Shown: positions 38,040-48,800 of the stretch, piece after piece | Numbering within the stretch: the stretch's first letter is position 1 | How the letters are laid out: each line of letters starts with the position of its first letter | From: Takakia lepidozioides | Taxonomy: Eukaryota; Plantae; Bryophyta | Direction: 5' to 3' | Length of the DNA stretch: 64,000 nt | NCBI GenBank assembly: GCA_030704615.1 | Contig: CM060733.1 | Span: 73,842,001 to 73,906,000 of the forward strand | The notes under the pieces: model-generated | Told to the model about the DNA's origin: nothing | What the model saw: the letters and a program-made list of their open reading frames with translations, nothing else | The model's database searches: none | Translations under genes and position numbers: made by a program

Positions 38040-39650
38040 ACGGAAATACGGCGCCGCATTTCCGTATTGCTCTTGGTCATGCACCAGAGCGACGGAAATG
38101 CGGCACCGAGTTTCCGTCCGGGGGAAACCTTTATACTCTCCAGAACGGAAATGCGGTAACGCATTTCCATCCAGCAACCACGGTATGTGAAGGTGGAACG
38201 GGAATGCGGTACCGCATTTCCGTTCTGATTGAGAATTATGAACAAAGGGAACAGAAATGCGGCACCGCATTTCCGTCCGAGTCGCACTTTCCGACATTCC
38301 AGAACGGAAATGCGGCACCGCATATCCGCCCGGGTTGAGACCTTAACACTCTCCAGAACGTAATGCGGTAACGTATTTCCATCCAGAAAGCACGGTATGT
38401 GAAGGTGGAACGGAAATGCGGTACCGCATTTCCGTTCTGATTGAGAATTATGAACAACGGGAACAGAAATGCGGCACCGCATTTCCGTCCGAGTCGCACT
38501 TTCCGACATTCCAGAACGGAAATGCGGCGCCGCATTTCCATTTTGTATCTGACGCATGGAGCCGAGTGCAATTCCAACCGCTTGAGATAGCGCAATTCCG
38601 ACCGGTTGAGACATTAATACTATCCAGAACGGAAATGCGGTGCCGCATTTCCGTTCTGACTGAAAATCGTGAACCATCAAAACTGAAATGCGGCAGCGCA
38701 TTTCCATCCGAGTCGCACCTCCCAACATTCCAGAACGCAAATGCGGCACCGCATTTCCGTTCTGATGAAAAATCGTGAAACATCGGAACTGAAATGCGGT
38801 ACCGCATTTCCGTCGGAGTCGCACCTTCCGACATTCCAAAACGGAAATGCGGCGCCGCATTACCGTTTTGTATGTGAGGCATGGAGCTGTGGAACGAAAT
38901 GTGGCACCGCATTTCCGCCAGGGTCAGACCTTAATACTCTACAGAACGGAAATGCGGTACCGCATTTCCATACTGACTGAAAATCGTGAACAACGGGAAC
39001 AGAAATTCGGCTCCGCATTTCCGTCCGAATCGCACCTTCCGACATTCTCGAACGGAAATGCGGCGCCGCATTTCCGTTTTGTATACGAGGCCTGGAGCTG
39101 TGGGACGGAAATGTGGTGCCGCATTTCCATCCATGTGAGACCTTCAAACTTTCCAGACAGGAAATGCGGCACCGCATTTCTGTTCAGGTGAGACCTCTAT
39201 ACTTCCCGAACGGAAATGTGGAACGGCATTTCCGTTCATCAACTGCGGTATGTGAAGGGGGAACGGAAATGCTGTGCTGTACCGTATTTGATTCAGATTG
39301 AAAATCATGAACCACGGGAACTGAAATGTTGTGCCGCATTTCCGTCCGAATCGCACCTTTCGACATTCCTGAACGGAAATGCGGCGCCGCATTTCCCTTT
39401 TGTTTCTCATACATGGAGCTGTGGGACGGAAATGCGGCACCGTATTTCCGTTCAACAACTAAGGTATTTGAAGGTGGAACTGAAATGCGGTGCCGCATTT
39501 TCTTCCAACAAGTACGGATGTGTAGCTTCGTGATGGTACTTAACGGAAATGCGGCGCCACATTCGCATTTTCACTCCAACTCATCAGACGCTGGGACGGA
39601 AATGCCTTGAATTGTGAACACGTGGAGCAACGGAATTGCGGCACATGTCT
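38040..39650. repeat. Array of about 30 palindromes GGAAATGCGG-NN-CCGCATTTCC, about 52-54-bp period, with recurring spacer types
   Basis: Units at about 38042, 38094, 38147, 38201, 38255, 38306, 38412, 38466, 38518, 38631, 38685, 38738, 38792, 38843, 38897, 38948, 39002, 39054, 39108, 39160, 39212 and onward. Confidence 0.97.
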
Positions 39651-40000
39651 GCACTCTATCTGACTGAAGTGGCATGAGGCGGCGCGGCCTGACCGTTGCA
39701 TAATGATGTTTGTTTTTCGGACGGCAGGCATACCCTGAACGATTCGAATTTCGTAATGACGCAAAGTCCACGAGGAGACACTTTCGTCCAACCCTTTCGA
39801 ACCCAAGTGGTGCATCACTACGTTTCATCTACTTTTGTCGTGTCTCCTCAGTCACCCTCTCGCGCCCTTTCCATCTGCACTCTTTGGCCCTTTTCCCTGT
39901 CTCTGTTCTTCTCATGCTCGAACCTGAGAGGGGGGGATTTCGTGCACCATACAGGAGACCTCGTCGCAAGCTCCAAAAATTATACTTCGGACGTAGGCCA

Positions 40001-43000
40001 ATGCCGAAGGGAGGAAGCAGATGCGTCTACAGGAGGAGATTGCCATCTCCGAGCAGCAGGCCACTTAGGCAACCCAGCCACCAGTGAGAGCTCCATGCGA
40101 TCGGGCTGCGCGCAGCTGATCGAGCACCGAACCCCCCATTTTGCTTCTGTAATTCTTAGACTGAATGCTAGGAGACTTGAATGCAGAAAATGTTTGCATG
40201 CCTAACAGGAAAGGTGGACGTGCTGGAGGGATCGCAGGAATCCGAAGAGCCGCAGGAAGAAGTCCGAGGAGCTAGCTGCAGCACATACACCCACCCGATC
40301 CCCGAGCGCGGGTATTCCTGCCGGGCCTAGCCCTGTGCGTTTCAAAGACGCGGCTTCGAAGGGCAAGTTCAAAGCCCTAGAGATCGACTCGCGTTCTTCG
40401 GTCATGGAGAATCGCCAGCAGGGGTCGGGCCCTTCTCCAGCAAAGTCGAAGAAGAAGCAGCCCGTTCCTCTACTGGTTTATGAACCGGCTTAGGCCGCTT
40501 CACCCCCACCAACGCGAATGAAGCAGCCTGGTAAAAGACAGATTCAATTGCAGCAGACACCTTCACCTGCAAGGATGAGGAGCAGAGGACAAAACAATCA
40601 GGGCGCGACGGCGAACAATCTCCCGCAAAACCGCTTCCACGAGCTGAAGCTCAGTTCCTGGAGGATTTCCCGCCTGCAGATGTTGGGGCCGACTCTGCTG
40701 CAGCGAAGGCAATGGGATCGACCGTTTATGTCGATTTGGGGCCGGAGGAGGGTGCTGCGCTCAACATTCGCAGCAAGACCTCACCACCGATGAGCAAGCA
40801 GGCCCGGAGGAGGCCTCTGCAATGGCAAAATTGCCCGCAGACAGGCCCCAGAGTGCAGCTCCAATTGAGGATGCTCCAGCTGCTCAGCCACTACGGCACC
40901 TACAGACATGTCTCCGGAGGATTTCAAAAGTGCAGCTGATAAAATGTTGGAGGAGACACACAGTAGCATTGGCAGAGTTCTGGGCAGCAGGGTATTCCAG
41001 CGGACTCTTCGAATCCCACTCTGTGCATGGTCTCCCTTCCCATCGTCAGGCAGGCCCTTCCGGAGATGTGGATAAGCTCAAGTTCGCATTTCGAGAAGGG
41101 TACCGTCTGGATCGGCAGCGTTTTACGTTTCCATTGAGAATGAGGACGGCGAAACTTGTGGACCCACTGCCGATGAATTGTCAACGTGGGATACCCACTG
41201 GCACACTCGCAACAACGAATTCGAGGCGACGCTGAAGGGTGATCCAGACTTCGGCCATATGTCGGGTAAAATGTTCTTTGTGTGGGACGGGAATCACCGA
41301 CTTCTCGCCTGGTGGGAGTACATCAAGCAGAACTATGCCAAGCACATTGGCTGGCATTACATGGTGGAGTTTGTCATCCTCAAGGTGAAGGCGGCAGACT
41401 CTTCCGTGCTCAAGAATGCCATGGCGGACTCAACTCGTAATATACTCATATCCTCCAAGCACGTTCGAAATGCGGGGCCGCATTCATTTCGGTTCCAATC
41501 TGTTTGTTTCGTGCTTTCGTGGACAGAAATGGAGAGTGTGCCTTGCACGATCACTGAAAATGCGTACATGCATACCCACATGGCACATATGCTGTACAGG
41601 GTGAGGAAAACTGGTCTCACTGATCCGCACATGTTCGCGGAAATGCTGGAGCCCGAGCTCATTCAGAAAGCCGTGCAAAAACTGACCGGACATGGTATCG
41701 TCTCACTATGGATGGAATGGTGGAGGTGATATACGAAGTAAGTCGTCCTCCGATTTCCCTCTGCTCATCCTTCAGATTGAAATTTCCAGTAATCTTTCCA
41801 CATGAATCGAATGTAACGCTTCTGCATGTTTTTTGTTGGCAGGCAAACATCAAGCTGGATTGGGCCCATGCCAAACGCTTCTTCATGGAAAGTGAGGGGC
41901 AGGTCAAAACGTTGCAGTCATTGACTGAGCACTTGAAGGAAGCCGGTGTCAAGTCCAGAACCAAATACAAGTCAAAGCTTGTGAAGCTGGTGGCAATTGC
42001 AGATCTGGCACTTGGAAAGGACTTCATCCCCGAGATTGCAAAACACTATTCTCGGGCCATGTAGCGACCATGCAATTGGAGAAACTGCATCACCTCTCAA
42101 CGGCATGTGTTGAGGCGAAAGAGAAGGTGAGCTTCAATGCACTGAAGTTCCTTCCTAGCAATAGCCACTCTCTCCAGCTCCTGACATTGGATCGGAAATG
42201 GCAGACACGGTGGCTGTCGATCTGGAATGCATCCGAGAGCATAAAGACAATGTGGTCTTTTCCACTAGAAGTTTCCGACCCTGCAGTGGATGTGGGCTCA
42301 ACCGCATGACTTGGTGGTTCCAGGTAATTCAAGGGTACTTCCCCAGATTTGCTTTTCTGAAATGAATTCCCTGAACTGCTACGTGACAATGCATGTGGAA
42401 TCGCAGGTAATGTCGAATGCGAAGGAGCAAGTCGTAATGCACACAAATTGGTTCGGCTTGTACGTCAAATGGGATGGAACATAGACATTGGAAGACTACG
42501 TGACACGTTTCAGATGTGCGTACAAGGACAACCTTTCGCCAGAGAGCTACAGACAGCAAGAAGGAGCGTGGAGTTTACACATCAGGAGGGAGCGGGGGAA
42601 AGCTGCAATGCGAATTGTTTACAGGTGAAGCATAGCTGCCCTTGTATGCGAAGCCTGGTTACGAGGTTTGTCTCGGAAATGCGGCACCGCATTCGCATTT
42701 TATGTTTTCGGTGGCACTCTGCGAGTAGGTTTGTCCAATTTTGCTCACGCATGCTGACTGCCTTGCAGGTATATGAAATACGTGCTCCTTCAGACAGGGG
42801 CCCTGGCTCAAGAGCCCCCGTTCTTCATGGCTTGGACCGTGGCGGGCCCAAGCTGTGTCTACACACCCGAGATGCAGAAAAATGGCATCCCGCGCATCTC
42901 CTTGGATGCCCGGACCTGGATATGTCTGGCGGGATTGTTGACGAGTCTGAGAAAGATCTGCACGCCTTGGCAGAAGAGAAGAGAAAGGAAAGACGTGTCC

Positions 43001-43333
43001 CTGCTGGGCCAAAGTCGGCAAAGGAATCTGCTGCTATGGAAGAATCCAGAAAGGCAACTGAGATGGCAAAAAAGACGTGGATTTGCAGCTTTGAGGCCCA
43101 ACAGAAGGGGTCGAAGAAGAGGACTCGCAAAGCAAGAGCAGTGTTGTGACACCCGCCAAACCGAAGAAGCAGAAGAAAAGCCTGTCAGGAAGAGGGTGAG
43201 GAAGAGGACTCCGAGGGAGACTGTGCAACAGCCCACCCCCCCAAACGCGGCTGCCTCCCTTGTGCCCCCCGTTGTCACGGAGGCACGAGAACTGGTCCGG
43301 CAAAGAAGGCACTCTTCAACCCCCCAGGGGGGC
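40001..43333 (+). pseudogene. ParB-like/methyltransferase gene, copy A (5' part, runs into the N gap; several stops and frameshifts)
   Basis: Colinear with 45859-49211; KMFFVWDGNHRLLAW at about 41268-41312. Confidence 0.78.
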
Positions 43334-43833
43334 NNNNNNNNNNNNNNNNNNNNNNNNNNNNNNNNNNNNNNNNNNNNNNNNNNNNNNNNNNNNNNNNNNN
43401 NNNNNNNNNNNNNNNNNNNNNNNNNNNNNNNNNNNNNNNNNNNNNNNNNNNNNNNNNNNNNNNNNNNNNNNNNNNNNNNNNNNNNNNNNNNNNNNNNNNN
43501 NNNNNNNNNNNNNNNNNNNNNNNNNNNNNNNNNNNNNNNNNNNNNNNNNNNNNNNNNNNNNNNNNNNNNNNNNNNNNNNNNNNNNNNNNNNNNNNNNNNN
43601 NNNNNNNNNNNNNNNNNNNNNNNNNNNNNNNNNNNNNNNNNNNNNNNNNNNNNNNNNNNNNNNNNNNNNNNNNNNNNNNNNNNNNNNNNNNNNNNNNNNN
43701 NNNNNNNNNNNNNNNNNNNNNNNNNNNNNNNNNNNNNNNNNNNNNNNNNNNNNNNNNNNNNNNNNNNNNNNNNNNNNNNNNNNNNNNNNNNNNNNNNNNN
43801 NNNNNNNNNNNNNNNNNNNNNNNNNNNNNNNNN
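43334..43833. other. Assembly gap (500 N)
   Basis: Run of exactly 500 N; a round length suggests a scaffolding placeholder. Confidence 0.99.
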
Positions 43834-45500
43834 GACGGAAATCCGGCGCCCGCATTTCCGTATTGCATCTTTCGTCATGCACCAGAGCGACGGAATGCGG
43901 CACCGAGTTTCCGTCCGGGGGAAACCTTTATACTCTCCAGAACGGAAATGCGGTAACGCATTTCCATCCAGCACAACGGTATTGAAGGTCGACGGAAATG
44001 CGGTACCGCATTTCCGTTCTGATTGAGATTTATGAACAACTGGAACAAAATGCGGCACCGCATTCCGTCCGATTCGCACTTTTCCGACATTTCAGAACGA
44101 AATGCGGCGCCGCATTTCCATTTTGTATCTGATGCATGCAGCTGAGGGATAGAAATGCTGCGCACATTTCCGTCCTTAAACTCCATTCATACTCTCGAGA
44201 CGAAATGCGGTACCGCATTTTCATTCATTCTCACAAGCACGGTAGTGAAGGTGGACGAAATGCGGTACCGCATTTCCTTCTGATTGAGAATTATGAACAA
44301 CGGGGAACAGAAATGCGGCACCGCATTTCCGTCCGAGTCGCACTTTTTTGACATTCCAGAACGGAAATGCGGGCGCCGCATTTTCCATTTTGTATCTGAT
44401 GCATGGAGCCGAGTAAGATTTCCGACAGCTTCATACAGCGCAATTCCGACCGGTTGAGACATTCACACTATCCAGAACGGAAATGCGGCACCGCATTTCC
44501 GTTCTGACTGAAAATCGTGAACCATCTGAACTGAAATGCGGCACCGTATTTCCATCCGAGTCGCACCTGCCATCATTCCAGAACGGAAATGCGGTACCGC
44601 ATTTCCGTTCTGACTGAAAATCGTGAACCATCGGAACTGAAATGCGGCAGCGCATTTCCATCCGAGTCGCACCTCCCAACATTCCAGAACGGAATGTATT
44701 AGATTAAAAGGAAATGCGGCACCGCATTTCCGTTCTGATGAAAATCCTGAACATCGGAATTGAAATGCGGTATCGCATTTCCGTCGGAAGTCCCACCATC
44801 TGACATTCCAAACGGAAATGCGGCACCGCATTTCCGTTTTGTATGTGAGGCATGGAGTTGTGGAACGAAAATGCGGGAAGGCATTTCCGCCAGCGTCAGA
44901 CGTTAATACTCTACAGAACTGAATGCGGTACCGCATTTCCATTCTGACTGAAAATCGTGCGCAACGGGTACAGAAATGCGGCACCGCATTTCCGTTCGAG
45001 TCGCACCTTCCGACATTCTCGATCGGAAATGCGGCGCCGCATTTCCGTTTTGTATATTGGCCTGGAGCTGTGCTACGGAAATGTGTTGCCGCATTTCCAT
45101 CCATGTGAGACCTTCAAACTTTCCAAACCGGAAATGCGACACCGCATTTCTGTCCAGTGAGACCTCTATACTTTCCCGAACGGAAATGTGGCACGCATTT
45201 CCGTTCATCAACTAACGTATTGAAGTGGGAACGGAAATGCGGCGCCGCATTTCCCTTCTGAATCTCATACATGGAGCTGTGGGACGGAAATGCGGCACCG
45301 TATTTCCGTTCAACAACTAAGGTATGTGAAGGTGGAACGGAAATGCGGTGCCGCATTTTCTTCCAACAAGTACGGATGTGTAGCTGAGTGATGGTACTTA
45401 ACGGAAATGCGGCGCCGCATTCGCATTTTCGCTCCAACTGATCAGACGCTGGACGGAAATACCTTGAAATGTGAACACGTGGAGCAACGGAATTGCTGCA
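43834..45500. repeat. Second copy of the GGAAATGCGG-NN-CCGCATTTCC array
   Basis: Colinear with 38039-39650, with many small indels. Confidence 0.96.
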
Positions 45501-45858
45501 CATGTCGGCACTCTATCTGACTGAAGGGGCATGAGGCGGCGCGGCCTGACCGTTGGATAATGATGTTTGTTTTTCGGACGGCAGGCGTACCCTGAACGAT
45601 TCGAATTTCGTAATGACGCAAACTCCACGAGGAGACACTTTCGTCCAACCCTTTCGAACCCAAATGGTGCATCACCGCCGTTTCATCTACTTTTGTCGTG
45701 TCTCCTCAGTCACCCCTCTCGCGCCCTTTCCATCTGCACTCTTTGCCCCTTTTCCCTCTCTCTGTTCTTCTTATGCTCGAACCTGAGAGGGGGGGAGTTT
45801 GTGCACCAGACAGGAGACCTCGTCGCAAGCTCCGAAATTATACTTCGGACGTAGGCCA

Positions 45859-48800
45859 ATGCCGAAGGGGAGGAAGCAGATGCGTCTACAGGAGGAGATT
45901 GCCATCTCCGAGCAGCAGGCCACTCAGGCAACCCAGCCATCAGTGAGAGCTCTATGCGATCGGGTTGCGCGCAGCTGATCGAGCACCGAACCCCCCATTT
46001 TGCTTCTGTAATTCTTAGACTGAATGCTAGGAGACTTGAATGCAGAACATGTTTGCATGCCTAACAGGAAAGGTGGACGTGCTGGAGGGATCGCAGGAAT
46101 CCGAAGAGCTGCAGGAAGAGTCCGAGGAGCTAGCTGCAGCACGTACACCCACCCGATCCCCGAGCGCGGGTATTCCTGCCGGGCCTAGCCCTCTGCGATT
46201 TAAAGACGCGTCTTCGAAGGGCAAGTTCAAAGTCCAGAGATCGACTCAGAGATCGACTCGCGTTCTTCGATCATGGAGAATCGCCAGCAGGGGTCGGGCC
46301 CATTCTCCAGCAAAGTCGAAGAAGAAGCAGCCCGTCCCTCTACTGGCTTCTGAACCGGCTCAGGCCGATTCACCCCCCCCCAACGTGAATGAAGCAGCAG
46401 GGTAGAAGACAGATTCAATTGCAGCAGACACCTTCACCTGCAAGGATGAGGAAGCAGAAGGCAATCAGGGCGACGGGCGAACAATCTCCCGCAAAACCGC
46501 TTCCACGAGCTGAAGCTCAGTTCCTGGAGGATTTCCCGCCTGCAAATGTTGGGGCCGACTCTGCTGCAGCGAAGGCAATGGGATCGACCGTTGATCTGGA
46601 TTTGGTACCGGAGGAGGGTGCTGCCGCTCAACGTTCGCAGCAAGACCTCACCACCGATGAGCAAGCAGGCCCGAAGGAGGCCTCTGCAATGGCAGAATTG
46701 CCCGCAGACAGGCCCCAGAGTGCAGCTCCAGTTGAGGATGCTCCAGCTGCTCAGCCACTACCGGCACCTACAGACATGTCTCCGGAGGATTTCAAAAGTG
46801 CAGCGGATAAAATGTTGGAGGAGACACACAGTAGCATTGGCAGAGTTCTGGGCAGCAGGGTATTCCAGCGGACTCTTCGAATCCCACTCTGTCGCATGGT
46901 CTCCCTTCCCATCGTCAGGCAGGCCCTTCCCGGAGATGTGGATAAGCTCAAGTTTCGCATTTCGAGAAGGGTACCGTCTGGGATCGGCAGCGTTTTACGT
47001 TTCCATTGAGAATGAGGACGGCGAAACCCGTGGACCCACTGCCGATGAATTGTCAACGTGGGATACCCACTGGCACACTCGCAACAACGAATTCGAGGCG
47101 ACGCTGAAGGGTGATCCCGACTTCGGCCATATGTCGGGTAAAATGTTCTTTGTGTGGGACGGGAATCACCGACTTCTCGCCTGGTGGAGTACATCAAGCA
47201 GAACCATGCCAAGCACATTGGCTGGCATTACATGGTGGAGTGTGTCATCCTGAAGGTGAAGGCGGCAGACTCCTCCCTGCTCAAGAATGCCATGGCGGAC
47301 CTCAACTCGTAAGATACTCATACCCTCCCTAGCACGTTCGAAATGCGGTGCCGCATTTCGGTTTCCATTCTGGTTTGTTTCCGTGCTTCCGTGTACTGAA
47401 CTGGAGAGTGTGCCTTGCAGGGTCACTGAGAATGCGTACGTGCATACCCACATGGCACACATGCTGTACAGGGTGAGGAAAACTGGTCTCACTGATCCGC
47501 AGATGTTTGCGGAAATGCTGGAGCCCGAGCTCATTCAGAAAGCCGTTGCAAAAACAGACCGGACATGGTATCGTCTCACTATGGATGGAATGGTGGAGGT
47601 GATATACGAAGTAAGTCGTGCTCCAATTTCCCTCTGCTCATCCTTCCCCCATTTTAAGTCATGTTTCCACATGAATCGAATGTAACGCTTCTGCATGTTT
47701 TTGTTGGCAGTCAAACATCAAGCTGGATTTGGCCCATGCCAAACGCTTCTTCATGAAAGTGAGGGGCAGGTCAAAACATTGCAGTCATTGACTGAGCACT
47801 TGAAGGAAGCCGGTGTCAAGTCCAGAACGAAATACAAGTCAAAGCTTGTGAAGCTGGTGGCAATTGCAGATCCGGCACTTGGAAAGGACTTCATCCCCGA
47901 GATTGCAAAACACTATTCTCGGGCCATGCAGCCGACCATGCAATTGGAGAAACTGCATCACCTCTCAACGGCATGTGTGGAGGCGAAAGAGAAGGTGAGG
48001 TTTCAATGCACTGAAGTTCCTTCCTAGCAATAGCCACTCTCTTCCAGCTCCTGACATTGGATCGGAAATGGCAGACACGGTGGCTGTCATCTGGAATGCA
48101 TCCGAGAGCATAAGGACAATGTGGTCTTTTCCACTCGAAGTTTCCGACCCTGCAGTGGATGTGTGGCTCAACCGTATGACTTGGTGGTTCCAGGTAATTC
48201 AAGGTACTTCCCCAGATTTGCTTTTCTGACATGAATTCCCTGAACTGCTACGTGACAATGGATTTGGGAATCGCAGGTAATGTCGAATGCGAAGGAGCAA
48301 GTCGTAATGCACACAAATTCGTTCGGCTTGTACGTCAAATGGGATGGAACACAGACATTGGAAGACTACGTGACACGTTTCAGATGTGCGTACAAGGACA
48401 ACCTTTTCGCCAGAGAGCTACAGACAGCAAGAAGGAGCGTGGAGTTTACACATCAGGAGGGAGCGGGGAAAGCTGCAATGCGAATTGTTTACAGGTGAAG
48501 CACAGCTGCCCTTGTATGCGAAGCCTGGTTACGAGGTTTGTCTCGGAAATGCGGCACCGCATTCGCATTTTATGTTTTCGGTGGCACTCTGCCAGTAGGT
48601 TGGTCTCAACTTTTGCTCACGCATGCTGACTGCCTTGCAGGTATATGAAATACGTGCTCCTTCAGACAGGGGCCCTCGCTCAAGAGCCCCCGTTCTTCAT
48701 GGCTTGGACCGTGGCGGGCCCAAGCTGTGTCTACACACCCGAGATGCAGAAACAATGGCATCCCGCGCATCTCGTTGGATGCCCGTGGTACCTGGACATG

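Noticed and set aside
37939-39610. Many overlapping ORFs with MRRRIS / KCGTAFP / GNAAPHF repeats (also 43875-45503 and 51000-51989)
   Set aside because: These are translations of the DNA palindrome in all six frames, not proteins.
42773-44079. Long ORFs of 195-417 aa containing X runs
   Set aside because: Artefacts of reading through the 500-N gap.
38040-45500. CRISPR array (palindromic repeat with 30-32-bp spacers)
   Set aside because: Spacers recur as a few types in higher-order repeats, there are no cas genes, and the context is a eukaryotic transposon with spliceosomal introns.
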